In this document: piece after piece, positions 45,942 through 55,130 of the stretch
Layout: each line of letters starts with the position of its first letter
How positions within the stretch are numbered: the first letter of the stretch is position 1
Assembly: GCA_035533335.1 (NCBI GenBank)
Contig: DATLUC010000031.1
Span: 45,814 to 109,813, forward strand
Direction of reading: 5' to 3'
Length of the DNA stretch: 64,000 bases
From: Candidatus Baltobacterales bacterium
GTDB lineage: Bacteria; Chloroflexota; Dormibacteria; Dormibacterales; Dormibacteraceae
Notes under the pieces: generated by a model
Database searches by the model: none
What the model was told of the DNA's origin: nothing
The model's input: the letters and a program-made list of their open reading frames with translations, nothing else
Translations under genes and position numbers: made by a program

Positions 45942-46375
45942 AAGAGACCCGCGACCGCATGGACGAAAATCTCGGCGAGCTCGAGGACCGCGCCACGTCC
46001 AATGCCATGCGCTACGGGAAGGTGGCCGCCGTGGCGATCGGCGTGGTCGTGGCGGGAGGGATCGCATTCCTTCTCTACCGGCGCTTTCGCAAACCGACTT
46101 TGAAGGACAGGCTCCAGGGCATGTCGATGGAATCGCTCCGGGACCTCGCTGATGAGATGGCGGCCCGCTTGAAGAAACCCCTTCCCTCGGTGACGCTCAC
46201 GGTCAACGACCGCGGCGCAGGGGACCCCGGCATGCTCCAGTCCATCGTGCGCAAGATGGCACCTGCGATCGTCGGGACGGCTTCGACCGCGCTTATCGAA
46301 AGGGTGACGCGGCCATCTGACGGCGGAGATGAGACAGCCGGCCCGACTCGACGCTCCGCGCCGGCACCCGACTGA
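45905..46375 (+). CDS. DUF3618-like protein
   Basis: ATG 45905 gives MGASANEIDRQIKETRDRMDENLGELEDRA, then one TM segment. It overlaps the previous gene by 37 nt. Confidence 0.55.
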   Translation: MGASANEIDRQIKETRDRMDENLGELEDRATSNAMRYGKVAAVAIGVVVAGGIAFLLYRRFRKPTLKDRLQGMSMESLRDLADEMAARLKKPLPSVTLTVNDRGAGDPGMLQSIVRKMAPAIVGTASTALIERVTRPSDGGDETAGPTRRSAPAPD

Positions 46376-46383
46376 GGGGCGGT

Positions 46384-47424
46384 ATGCGGAATCGCATCAT
46401 GCAGGCGGTCCGCCGCGCCCAGAAGACAGTCCCCGTTCGGGTCCTGACGGCGTTCGGCGAAAGCCAGGCAAGCAACTACGCGTCTGCGCTCGCGTTTGCC
46501 GGCTTCCTGGCGATGTTCCCGATGATGCTCGGGGCGCTGTCCATCATCGGCTTGATGATCCGGAACCCCGGGACCGAGGCGCACTTCCAGGCTCTCATCC
46601 TGCAGGTCTTCCCCGGCAACGCCCAGCCTGAGTTGAGGAGCGCCATTCAGGGTGTCAAGCAGTCCGCCGGCTGGATGGGGCTCGTTTCGATCGGCGGCCT
46701 TGTCTGGAGCGCAAGCAGCATCTTCGCGACCATGGAGTTCGCGCTGACTGAAATCTTCGGCACGAAGCAGCGCGACATGGTGCGGCAGAAGCTGATGGGC
46801 TTCGTGATGATGCTGCTGCTGGTCGTCGCAGTCGTCTTCACGGTCGGAGTGAACTCGATCTCCGGGTTCCTACCTTACGCGTGGATCGTCAGCCTCCTGC
46901 TCGGCGCCCTGGTCATGGTCGGCCTGCTGGTCCTGCTCTACCGCTTCGTGCCCAACCGCACCTTCACGCTCCAGGAGGTCCTGCCCGGCGCCGTGCTGGC
47001 GGGCGTCCTCATCGAGGTCCTGTCGCTCGCGTTCCCCCTGTACGCCCGGTACGCCGGCAGCTTCAACACGTACGGCGCGCAGTTCGGGCTCTTCTTCTTG
47101 CTGGCGACCTGGTTCTACCTGCTCAGCGAGCTACTCCTCCTCGGTGCGGTGTACAACCGGTTCAGGATGGGGGAGCCCGTCAAGAGAGGCCTCATCGCAA
47201 GCCCGCTGGGAGACTCCCGCCAGAACAAGAGGCCCGTCGAGGCGATCAAGGAGAACAAGGCCAAGGACGGTCCGACGCCGAAGCAGATATCCGCGACCGA
47301 GGCTTCCTCGCCCGCAAAACGGCGGCGTTCCGCATTTCAACGTCTCGCTCTGAGCTTGGCTGTGGCGGTCGCTGTGGCGGCGGGCATCGTGCGGAGAAGG
47401 GCGCGCCCGAAGACCGCCTCCTGA
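46384..47424 (+). CDS. YihY/BrkB (ribonuclease BN-like) family membrane protein
   Basis: ASNYASALAFAGFLAMFPMMLG and six hydrophobic segments. Confidence 0.85.
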   Translation: MRNRIMQAVRRAQKTVPVRVLTAFGESQASNYASALAFAGFLAMFPMMLGALSIIGLMIRNPGTEAHFQALILQVFPGNAQPELRSAIQGVKQSAGWMGLVSIGGLVWSASSIFATMEFALTEIFGTKQRDMVRQKLMGFVMMLLLVVAVVFTVGVNSISGFLPYAWIVSLLLGALVMVGLLVLLYRFVPNRTFTLQEVLPGAVLAGVLIEVLSLAFPLYARYAGSFNTYGAQFGLFFLLATWFYLLSELLLLGAVYNRFRMGEPVKRGLIASPLGDSRQNKRPVEAIKENKAKDGPTPKQISATEASSPAKRRRSAFQRLALSLAVAVAVAAGIVRRRARPKTAS

Positions 47425-47525
47425 CCAACCGCGCCTGCGGTCAGTAGACCGGCGGGGTGTGGGCGTTACCTCTACGAGCGCCCCAAGGCTGGGGTCGACT
47501 TTAATTCTGAAAGGAGGTTTCTCGT

Positions 47526-47876
47526 TTGGGTACTTTGCTCTTCATCCTGCTCGTCATCCTTGTGCTCGCGGTGCTCCTTGGAGCCGGCGGGTACAGCGTT
47601 CGACGGTACTGGAGCCCGGCCGGCTCCGAGGTCGTCGAGACGGGTGAAACGACCGGCGGCGCCGGCGCGGGCATCGTGGCGGCGATCCTCGCCCTCCTGG
47701 TGCTGATCGTCCTGTTCTTCGGATTCACGACGTGGAACTGGTTCGGCACCCGCTCGAACGTGCCGCCGGCACAGGGCACGACCGTCACGTCTCCTGCTCC
47801 CACGAGCAACTCGGGCACGGGCGTCAGCGGGGGCACGAGCGCCTCGCCGATGGCGTCCCCATCCTCGTCTCCCTAA
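47526..47876 (+). CDS. Small membrane protein with a Ser/Thr/Pro-rich tail
   Basis: AAGGAGG lies 8 nt upstream of the TTG start. Two TM segments. A strong terminator follows. Confidence 0.5.
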   Translation: MGTLLFILLVILVLAVLLGAGGYSVRRYWSPAGSEVVETGETTGGAGAGIVAAILALLVLIVLFFGFTTWNWFGTRSNVPPAQGTTVTSPAPTSNSGTGVSGGTSASPMASPSSSP

Positions 47877-47889
47877 CCTCCTCAGGGAA

Positions 47890-47927
47890 AGAGGGCCGGT
47901 CCTGGTGGCCGGCCCTCTTTTGTTCTA
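47890..47927 (+). terminator. Intrinsic terminator
   Basis: AAGAGGGCCGG (47890-47900) pairs perfectly with CCGGCCCTCTT (47910-47920), followed by TTTGTTCT. Confidence 0.65.
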
Positions 47928-48006
47928 CGGGTGGCGCGCCATCCAGGCGCGTTGCCGGAAACAGAGGGGTTGGCGGGGGAAATCGTGATGAAAGGGAGGC
48001 CATGAG

Positions 48007-48309
48007 ATGGCAACTACGAAGCTAGGTTCGCGCGGCTTGAGCACGCGCCAGAAGGACCGCATGCCGGCAGGCACGTTTGCGTTTCCCAAGGAGCGCAAGG
48101 AGCCCCTCAACGACGCGCGTCACGTGCGCAACGCGATAGCGCGGTTCGACCAGGTGGAGGGTGTCAGCGACGCGGAGAGAGACGCCGCCTGGCGGCGTAT
48201 TCGGACCGCCGCGCGCAAGTACGGCGTCGAGGTGTCGGCGACAGGATGGAGATCCCTCATGAAGGGCGGCTCAGCCGGCCGCAGGTCAACCTCGAAAGGG
48301 CGTTCCTGA
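48007..48309 (+). CDS. Hypothetical protein (DUF6582-like)
   Basis: 100 aa. FAFPKERKEPLNDARHVRNAIARFDQVEGVSDAERDAAWRRIRTAARKYGVEV resembles that family from memory. Confidence 0.5.
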   Translation: MATTKLGSRGLSTRQKDRMPAGTFAFPKERKEPLNDARHVRNAIARFDQVEGVSDAERDAAWRRIRTAARKYGVEVSATGWRSLMKGGSAGRRSTSKGRS

Positions 48310-48424
48310 GAGATCGAAGGTCCGGGTAAACGACCCTCCCGCGAGCGTTTTTTCAATAGAACCAATCAAATCACGGCTGGCCGCAAAGACCAGCTCGAAA
48401 GGAGGTAGTCAAGAGTGGTTGCGT

Positions 48425-48595
48425 TGATCGTCCTGATCCTGCTGCTGCTGCTCCTCGGTGGGGGCGGCCTGTTGGCACCAGCGCTTCACATCCTTTGGAT
48501 CCTGCTCGTGATCGGGCTGATCCTCTGGGTGCTCGGCTTCTTCATTCGCTCGGCCGAGGGCGGAGGCCGCTGGTACGGCTGGTAGAGCCGGGCGG
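48425..48595 (+). CDS. 56-aa hydrophobic protein (lmo0937-like small membrane protein)
   Basis: Found manually. GGAGG lies 9 nt upstream of GTG 48425. Translation is VVALIVLILLLLLLGGGGLLAPALHILWILLVIGLILWVLGFFIRSAEGGGRWYGW. A terminator follows. Confidence 0.55.
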
Positions 48596-48606
48596 CTGAA
48601 TAGAAG

Positions 48607-48640
48607 ACGGCGCCTGCTCCTGCGGGCGCCGTTTCTCTTG
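48607..48640 (+). terminator. Intrinsic terminator
   Basis: ACGGCGCC (48607-48614) pairs with GGCGCCGT (48625-48632), followed by TTTCTCTT. Confidence 0.6.
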
Positions 48641-48738
48641 TCTCGGGGAATGAGGTAGACCCCGCTCCTACAACTGTACGAAGACACGCCTTGCCGCCTG
48701 GCGATACTTGTCCGCAAGCCTTCGAGCTTGGCCAGAAC

Positions 48739-48969
48739 ATGGGGGTGATCCAGCTGGGTCGCGGTGGGGGCGGACCGGAAAGGGCGGCGCTGCGCCTGGG
48801 CATCGCGGGCGCCGCCCCGCGTGCCGCGTTTCACTTGATCAGCACAGGCCAGCCGCGCGTGGCGTTCTGTGCCGGCTGCCCCGCCCCGATCGAGTTCGGT
48901 CAAAGGATTCGTGCAGGCCAGTCGTTCTGCAGCATCGAGTGCTCGCTCCGGGGTGATCGCCCGGCCTGA
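48739..48969 (+). CDS. Possible small zinc-ribbon/TRASH-like protein
   Basis: The C-terminal FCAGCPAPIEFGQRIRAGQSFCSIEC has C-x2-C-x16-C-x3-C spacing. Support is weak: no clear Shine-Dalgarno and only moderate GC3. Confidence 0.25.
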   Translation: MGVIQLGRGGGGPERAALRLGIAGAAPRAAFHLISTGQPRVAFCAGCPAPIEFGQRIRAGQSFCSIECSLRGDRPA

Positions 48970-49031
48970 CGCGCTCCCATGGCTTGCAGAGGAGCGGCCC
49001 TTCGTTCCCGGCGTGTCTTATGGTTGGGCCG

Positions 49032-49943
49032 ATGCGAGCGATCCTGCTCTGGTGCGCGCAGAACCAATGGCTGGCAGCGCATGCGCCCCACTGGGGCTTT
49101 GCGCGCCGCGCCGTGAGGCGATTCCTGCCCGGCGAAGGATTCGAGAGCGCCCTCCAGGCGGCGGTCGACCTGAAGGCCCAGGGCGTCGGGTCGCTCTTCA
49201 CGCGGCTGGGCGAGAACGTGAAGGACCTCGAAGAAGCCAGCGCAGTGGTCGAGCATTACGAGGAGGTGCTCGCCGCATCGACCGGGGTCGGCGCGGAGAT
49301 ATCGGTCAAGCCGACCCAGCTCGGCCTGGACATCGACGCCAAGCAGGCCTTCGCAAACTTGAGTCGACTTGCCGCAGCTGCCGCCAAGGCGAGGTCATTC
49401 CTGTGGATCGACATGGAGGGCAGCTCGTACACCGATGTGACCCTCGACCTGTACTCGCGCGTCCACGCGGAGCATCCGAACACCGGCATTTGCTTGCAGG
49501 CGTACCTGCACCGGACCGTCGGTGACATCGCGAGGCTACTTGCGCACAAGCCGGCCATCAGGCTCGTCAAGGGCGCATACGCGGAGCCGGGGTCCATCGC
49601 GTTCACGGCCAAGCGCGACGTCGACGCGAACTACCTGGGGCTGTGCGTGATGCTACTTCCTGAGCTCAAGCGCAAGAAGCTCCGCCTCGTCCTCGGCACG
49701 CACGACGTCGACCTGGTCGCCCGCGCCTGGCGTTTCGCCAAGGCCCTCGGTATGGATAGGTCTCAGCTCGAGGTGAACATGCTCTACGGGATCCGGACCG
49801 GGGAGCTGGTCAGGCTTGCTCATGAGGGCTTTGCCGTCAGGGACCTGATCGCTTACGGCGACGCCTGGTACGCGTGGTACCTGCGCCGCCTCGCGGAGCG
49901 ACCCGCCAACGTGCTCTTCGTGGCCCGTCAGATGCTTCCGTAA
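49032..49943 (+). CDS. Proline dehydrogenase (monofunctional)
   Basis: VSVKPTQLG, WIDMEGS, IRLVKGAY, GTHD and MLYGIR, the PutA dehydrogenase-domain pattern. The start is ATG 49032. Confidence 0.85.
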   Translation: MRAILLWCAQNQWLAAHAPHWGFARRAVRRFLPGEGFESALQAAVDLKAQGVGSLFTRLGENVKDLEEASAVVEHYEEVLAASTGVGAEISVKPTQLGLDIDAKQAFANLSRLAAAAAKARSFLWIDMEGSSYTDVTLDLYSRVHAEHPNTGICLQAYLHRTVGDIARLLAHKPAIRLVKGAYAEPGSIAFTAKRDVDANYLGLCVMLLPELKRKKLRLVLGTHDVDLVARAWRFAKALGMDRSQLEVNMLYGIRTGELVRLAHEGFAVRDLIAYGDAWYAWYLRRLAERPANVLFVARQMLP

Positions 49944-50079
49944 AGCCGGAAAGCCCCTTTCCCGGCGGGAGAGGAGTTCGATTCGTGGCCCCGCGCTAGG
50001 GGACGGTGGGGACCTGGCGTTCTCCTGGGCTTCGCGAGCTGCGCTTTCGGCCGATTCGTGCGCCGCCGTCTCGTTGGGC

Positions 50080-50108
50080 AAGAAGAACCGGTGGGGCGTT
50101 ACCACCGG
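50080..50108 (-). terminator. Intrinsic terminator for the small minus-strand ORF
   Basis: CCGGTGG (50088-50094) pairs with CCACCGG (50102-50108) around a 7-nt loop. On the minus strand it is followed by UUCUUCUU (plus-strand AAGAAGAA 50080-50087). Confidence 0.5.
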
Positions 50109-50124
50109 CCATGGGGTAGAAGGG

Positions 50125-50283
50125 CTACCCGCTGCGGCGCTCGGCGGCTTCCGGCACGTCCTCTGATTCGGGCATCATGTCCGGCGTCTCGTCCTCACCA
50201 TCACCTATCGGGTGCACGCGCTCCTGTTGACTCATCAACTCTTCGGAGTTCGCAAACTCCAGGCCGCGTTGATCGCACTTCAT
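50125..50283 (-). CDS. 52-aa acidic protein with a degenerate C2H2-like N-terminus
   Basis: GGGAGG lies 9 nt upstream of ATG 50283. Translation is MKCDQRGLEFANSEELMSQQERVHPIGDGEDETPDMMPESEDVPEAAERRSG. A terminator lies 17 nt after the stop. Confidence 0.45.
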   Translation of the reverse strand: MKCDQRGLEFANSEELMSQQERVHPIGDGEDETPDMMPESEDVPEAAERRSG

Positions 50284-50451
50284 CGGCTTTTGCCTCCCAC
50301 GCGAGGTGTGAAGCGCCCGACCCTGCGGCCCAGGCGCTTCCATTCAGAGAACGCGGGCGCGCGCGAGATTACCGGCCATGAGTTGCGCGCAGCACTCGCG
50401 CGTTGTCCCTCTTGGACGCTGTTTTCGAATGTTCAATGTCAAGGAGGACCG

Positions 50452-50733
50452 ATGAGCTCGCTGGTGGATGAGATCAACAACCAGGTGAAAGAAGGAAAGA
50501 AGACCATCGTCCGCTCGTTGGGCGAGATATCAGACGGGGTCGAAGGGCTGGACGCTTCGCGCGTGCGATTGATGGTGGCAGGCGCGGCGATCGCCGCGGC
50601 GGCAGTTGGAGTTGGCGTGATCCTTTACCGCCGGCGCCGCCGCACGCTCGCCGAGCGCCTGCAGCGCGCGCTTCCCGAGACACTGAGGGACCAGTTGAAG
50701 CGGCCGCTCCAGCGAGCAGTCCAGGCGCTCTAA
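50452..50733 (+). CDS. Small single-TM protein
   Basis: AAGGAGG lies upstream of ATG 50452. Translation is MSSLVDEINNQVKEGKK...VAGAAIAAAAVGVGVILYRRRRR... Confidence 0.5.
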   Translation: MSSLVDEINNQVKEGKKTIVRSLGEISDGVEGLDASRVRLMVAGAAIAAAAVGVGVILYRRRRRTLAERLQRALPETLRDQLKRPLQRAVQAL

Positions 50734-50749
50734 ACCCGAGGGCGCAAAC

Positions 50750-51670
50750 TCAGGCGGCGCGGGCCGGGCTCGATTCGAAGATCGGCGCTGGCCGGCTCGC
50801 CCGAGCTGTTTCCGGCTGCGGTGGGGGAGCGGCGGACCCGAGATAACGGCGCGCCCACTTCTGGCCGCGTGCGATGAGCTCGCTGGTCTGGCTGAAATCG
50901 GCCGGCGAAACGGCGGGTAGGTCGAGCGTCGGCATGACGTGGATATCGGCCAGGTGGCGGTGCATCGCGACCTCCGCGTCGAGCTTCTGCTCGACGAAGC
51001 GCGCCAGCGCGTAGAGGGCCATGCTCAGCGCGTTGGTCGGCTCCTGGCGCATCCATGGGTAGCCCACCGGGAGCACGTAGATCTCCGAGGCGCCGAGCTC
51101 GATCGCAGTGGTGATCGGCGTGTGGTTGGCGATGCCGCCGTCGATTAGGTCACGCCGCCCCACCGTCACAGGAGGAAAGACTCCGGGGATGGCCGTGCTG
51201 GCGAGGAGCGCCGGGATGGTCGGACCCGACGAAAGCACAACCCCGCGCCCGGTCTTCAGCTCCGTGGTGATGATGTGGACCGGGACCGCGGCGTCCTCGA
51301 GGCGCGCGTAGGGGATGTGCCGCTCGAGCAGGGTGCGCAGGCTCGCGTTGGAGATGAAGTGGTTGCTGCGGCCGAGCAGTCCGCGGGCGCCGGCCCACGG
51401 GCTGAGTGGGAAGACGTTCTGCCGGCGCATGCCCAGCCAGATCTCTCCCAGCTCGACGGCGCCGTCGTGGTCCGGGTGTGCGGCCATCCAGGCGGCATTG
51501 ACCGCGCCGACCGAGGTGCCGATCAGCATGTCGGGGCGGACTCCGGTTTCGGTCAGCGCCTGCAGCATGCCTACCTGGACGGCGCCCAGGCTTCCTCCGC
51601 CTGAGAGCACGAACGCCACGGGCGCCTTTGCCCGTGCGCCTCGGCGGCGCGCGGGCGAGCGGTCCATCAC
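50750..51670 (-). CDS. Patatin-like phospholipase
   Basis: Motifs SGGGSLG (oxyanion), GTSVGA (GxSxG nucleophile) and DGG (catalytic Asp). Confidence 0.9.
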   Translation of the reverse strand: MMDRSPARRRGARAKAPVAFVLSGGGSLGAVQVGMLQALTETGVRPDMLIGTSVGAVNAAWMAAHPDHDGAVELGEIWLGMRRQNVFPLSPWAGARGLLGRSNHFISNASLRTLLERHIPYARLEDAAVPVHIITTELKTGRGVVLSSGPTIPALLASTAIPGVFPPVTVGRRDLIDGGIANHTPITTAIELGASEIYVLPVGYPWMRQEPTNALSMALYALARFVEQKLDAEVAMHRHLADIHVMPTLDLPAVSPADFSQTSELIARGQKWARRYLGSAAPPPQPETARASRPAPIFESSPARAA

Positions 51671-51692
51671 AGCGCTCGGAGGCGCTTCGACA

Positions 51693-51872
51693 TCAGGCCG
51701 CCTGGTCGAGGTCGCGCTGCTCGGCCCGCTTCGTGCGCAGGTCGTCGAGCATCACCGCCTGGTCGACGCGATCCCACAGGCGCCAGTCCGACTCGGAGCG
51801 CCAGACCTGGTCGAAGAGGGATTCGAGCTGTGACTGGAGGTCGGGTTCGTCGGGTCGCGATTTGAATCTCAT
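51693..51872 (-). CDS. 59-aa hypothetical protein upstream of patatin
   Basis: GGAGACGAAAG precedes ATG 51872. Translation is MRFKSRPDEPDLQSQLESLFDQVWRSESDWRLWDRVDQAVMLDDLRTKRAEQRDLDQAA. Confidence 0.4.
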   Translation of the reverse strand: MRFKSRPDEPDLQSQLESLFDQVWRSESDWRLWDRVDQAVMLDDLRTKRAEQRDLDQAA

Positions 51873-51957
51873 CTTTCGTCTCCTACCACCAAAACGCGCG
51901 CCCAACCATTTGTCGACTACCACCATTGGACGGATTTCGGATTCCACCGTTGAACGG

Positions 51958-53007
51958 TCACGCTGCGGTCCAGGCAGGAGCCGACGTCGAGTCGAGGTCG
52001 AGGGTTGACGTGAGCGCACGGGGCGTGGGCGTCCCGGACGTGGATACCGCCCAGAGCTGGAAGGGCCCGCCTGCGACCACCGGTGCGAGGTAGGCGATGG
52101 AGTGCGCGTCCGGGGAGAACGCGGGCGACGCCACCAGCCCTGTCGTAAGGATTTCCGGCGCGCCCAGCGTGAGGGTCGCCTCGTCGAAAGAGGCCACATC
52201 CAGCTGAGCGGACTGGACCTGCCCGCCGGTGCACACCATGGCGATCTGCTTCTGGTCGGACGAGATCGCGGCCTGCCCGCAGTCGAGAGCGGGATCGGTG
52301 AGCGCGACGCCCTGGCTGCCGGCCCGATCCTGCACCCAGACCTGCGAGTGCAGCTTCGACTGATCGTCGATGGAGTACTTGGTGTAGATGAGGCCGCCGT
52401 CGGCCAGCGGAAGCGGGATGACGTCGCCGCCCGTATACGGGTTGGGGTACGTCCATCGGAGCGAGCTCTGCGAGGCAGGATCCGAGGGGCTCGCGAAGAT
52501 CGCGAGGTCGACACGGTAGGAGTTGTAGGGATCCTTGGGGTCGTAGTCGTAGAAGAGCTCCGAGCCATCCGGGCCGAAGCGCGGATAGAAAGCCCAGTGG
52601 TTGGACTCGATCTGCGCGGAGTGGTTGTGCGTCAGCTGCGCGATCGTCCTTCCCGTGGTCGTCATCAGGTACAGGTCGGACCAGTCGCCCTGCCGCCTGA
52701 CCACCACGAGCCGGCTGCCTTCGGGAGATATCGAGGGCTGCGTCCAACCTGATTGAGAGGTCATCTGCGTGAATGAGCCGCCCTGGAGCCTGTAAAGCGC
52801 GCCGGCCTGGGCCAGGTACATCACGCCTGGCAGAGCCGGCGCGGATGTCTGGCTGGGGCGCTGGACGACCGGCTTGCGTGCTTTAAGGTAGCCCGCCGCG
52901 TGGTATGAGCCGAACCCGAACGCGAACATCGCCACCGCCAGGGTCGCCGCGGTGAGCCACCGCGAATGACCGCTCAAGCCGATGCCGGCGGGCAGCTGCC
53001 GCTCCAT
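51958..53007 (-). CDS. Membrane-anchored PD40/TolB-like beta-propeller protein
   Basis: N-terminal TM segment, then repeated S(P)DG..(L/I) blades (SISPEGSRLVVV, RFGPDGSELFY, AISSDQKQIAMV, AFSPDAHSIAYL). Confidence 0.6.
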   Translation of the reverse strand: MERQLPAGIGLSGHSRWLTAATLAVAMFAFGFGSYHAAGYLKARKPVVQRPSQTSAPALPGVMYLAQAGALYRLQGGSFTQMTSQSGWTQPSISPEGSRLVVVRRQGDWSDLYLMTTTGRTIAQLTHNHSAQIESNHWAFYPRFGPDGSELFYDYDPKDPYNSYRVDLAIFASPSDPASQSSLRWTYPNPYTGGDVIPLPLADGGLIYTKYSIDDQSKLHSQVWVQDRAGSQGVALTDPALDCGQAAISSDQKQIAMVCTGGQVQSAQLDVASFDEATLTLGAPEILTTGLVASPAFSPDAHSIAYLAPVVAGGPFQLWAVSTSGTPTPRALTSTLDLDSTSAPAWTAA

Positions 53008-53957
53008 CAGGGGAAGCTCTGGTGCACCAGCGGCAGGATCGTCGACCAGTCGGGGAAGACCACGTCCTGGCCTGCCGCGTATCCCTCGGACGTGTAGGGA
53101 GGGAGAAGGACTACCTGGCGGAGGTTCGCCCCGTCAAAGCTGCTCGATATCGAGAGCAGCTGTCGAAGCCGGTCGAGCCCGATGCTCGTCTTGATCTCGC
53201 CGTTGAAAGCGCCGGCCAGCGCGGGCAGGTCCGCGATGTTCAGATGCGACGCTTGGGCTTTGAGTGCCAGGAGCACCTGCTGCTGGCGTTCGGAGCGGGC
53301 GAAGTCGCCCCTCAGGTCGCCATGGCGCGATCGGACGTACTGTAATGCCTGTACGCCGTCCATATGAGTTGCTCCGGGCAGGACGGCGACTCGATAGTAC
53401 GCATAAGGATTGCCCGTGCTGCTCAGATCGGAGGGATAGAAGTCGTCCATGACAGGATTGGTCACCATCACGTCGACGCCGCCAAGCTGGTCGATCAGCT
53501 TGACCAGCCCGTTCAGGCCGATCCAGACATAGTCGTCGACGTGCACCTGGAAGTTCGACTCCACGGCATCGATGGCCCCCTGAGCGCCTCCGAGCTGGTA
53601 CGCCGTGCTGATCTTGCCCATGCCTGCATTCGGGATCGGCACCCAGAGGTCTCGCGGGATCGACAGCATGGTCGCCTGCCTGGACGCTGGGTCGACCCGC
53701 ACGAGGATCATCGACTGCGTGTTCACGCGGTCCGGCGGAAACTTGGAATCGTCGTCGGACCCGAGCAGGAGCACCGTGAACGGCTGGGTGGGCGCCTGGA
53801 TCGGGTTGAGAGCGGGGAGGGTGCCAGCAAGCGCGCCGGAGCTCACCGCCGTCGAGCTGGCGGCAGTCTGGAAGACGGGGAGAAAGTAAGCCCCGAGACC
53901 GGCCAGGCCCGCGAGCAGGAACCCGGCGGCGACGATCGAGGCACGCGGCATGAACAT
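53007..53957 (-). CDS. LCP (LytR-CpsA-Psr) family protein
   Basis: TM anchor, then LLLGSDD, NTQSMILVRVDP, LSIPRDLWV and LIDQLGGVDV. The start is placed at ATG 53957 to avoid the divergent gene. Confidence 0.85.
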   Translation of the reverse strand: MFMPRASIVAAGFLLAGLAGLGAYFLPVFQTAASSTAVSSGALAGTLPALNPIQAPTQPFTVLLLGSDDDSKFPPDRVNTQSMILVRVDPASRQATMLSIPRDLWVPIPNAGMGKISTAYQLGGAQGAIDAVESNFQVHVDDYVWIGLNGLVKLIDQLGGVDVMVTNPVMDDFYPSDLSSTGNPYAYYRVAVLPGATHMDGVQALQYVRSRHGDLRGDFARSERQQQVLLALKAQASHLNIADLPALAGAFNGEIKTSIGLDRLRQLLSISSSFDGANLRQVVLLPPYTSEGYAAGQDVVFPDWSTILPLVHQSFP

Positions 53958-54057
53958 GGGTGGACCCTCCACGGGAGCAACGCTTGAGCGTGGGTAAGGC
54001 CCCGTCGAACGATGACCCAGCGCCAGTAGCCGGCAAGGTGGGAGCGTTGTCTCCGCG

Positions 54058-55116
54058 GTGAAAAAGCTCATGGTGCTCGTGGGCGCCGCGCTGCTGCTCG
54101 GCAGCGTGGCCTGGCAGCAGCCGAAGCCGCCGGCTCCGCTCGCGGGGTTCAGCTTCAGCCCGCTGATCTCAGAGTGGGCTCATCGCGACCCGCACGCCGA
54201 CCTCGGGTTGCTGCTCGACGAGACCAACCCGGACCTGGTGCGCCTCCCTATCTACTGGGAATCGGTCGAGCCCACGCCCGACCAGCTCGATTTCTCCGAG
54301 ATCGACGGTCTGCTGGCCGTCGTGGCTCGGCACAACGAGACTGCCCCCAACCCAACCCGCGTCGTGCTGACGATCGGCGCGCGCAACTTTCTGTACCCAG
54401 AGCTCCACGAGCCGGGCTGGGCCGGCCCTCGCTGGCAGCCGTTCCTGAACAACATGCAGGCGGCCCCGGCGTACCGGGCTTACTTCGATGCGAGCATCAC
54501 CAGGTATCGAGATTCGCGGCTGGTGTACGCGTGGCAGGTGGAGAACGAGCCGCTCGACTACGTCGGGAACGTTTCGACCGGCGACGACCAGATCAAGACG
54601 GCGCAGCTCTCGTGGGAGATCGGCGAGGTCCACCGCCTCGACCCGAGCCACGAGGCCATGACGACGACCTTCGACGGATGGAACGTCGCCATCGACGAGA
54701 TACAGCTCTACGCCAAGCCCGCCTTGCAGCTCCTTGGCGGTTACCCGAGCGGCCACCCCGAAGAGGCGCTGGAGGCCGGCGACGCGCTCGGCCTCGACAT
54801 GTACATCGACGGCCCTTCCACGCCGCTGCGCTTCACGAGCACGGATTTGCGCGAGGCCTGGAAAGAGCAGTCGCTGGCCTTCTGGATCGCCCGCGCCAAC
54901 TCCATGGGCAAGGACGTCTGGGTCTCGGAGATGCAGGCCCAACCATGGGCGGACGTGTCTGGGCAGTTCAACGAGAACGACCTCCTCACCAGCGCGGCCG
55001 ACTACCGCCGGGAGCACGTGAAGGTGGTCTTGATGTGGGGTGTTGAGACCTGGCTGGAGCATCCCGCCTGGATGGCCGCCGCGACCAAGGCGATGGCGAT
55101 CCTGCGCAGCCGGTGA
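54058..55116 (+). CDS. Secreted clan GH-A (TIM-barrel) glycoside hydrolase-like protein
   Basis: Signal peptide MKKLMVLVGAALLLGS. WQVENEP is an acid/base NEP motif. A later SEMQ could be the nucleophile. The specific family is not assignable by eye. Confidence 0.6.
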   Translation: MKKLMVLVGAALLLGSVAWQQPKPPAPLAGFSFSPLISEWAHRDPHADLGLLLDETNPDLVRLPIYWESVEPTPDQLDFSEIDGLLAVVARHNETAPNPTRVVLTIGARNFLYPELHEPGWAGPRWQPFLNNMQAAPAYRAYFDASITRYRDSRLVYAWQVENEPLDYVGNVSTGDDQIKTAQLSWEIGEVHRLDPSHEAMTTTFDGWNVAIDEIQLYAKPALQLLGGYPSGHPEEALEAGDALGLDMYIDGPSTPLRFTSTDLREAWKEQSLAFWIARANSMGKDVWVSEMQAQPWADVSGQFNENDLLTSAADYRREHVKVVLMWGVETWLEHPAWMAAATKAMAILRSR

Positions 55117-55130
55117 CCGGCGTAGCCCCG

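Noticed and set aside
50750-51872. Patatin gene as a CBASS-type or other defence effector
   Set aside because: There is no cyclase, nucleotidyltransferase, sensor or other defence-associated partner nearby. The neighbours are envelope proteins (PD40 protein, LCP) and a small unknown ORF.
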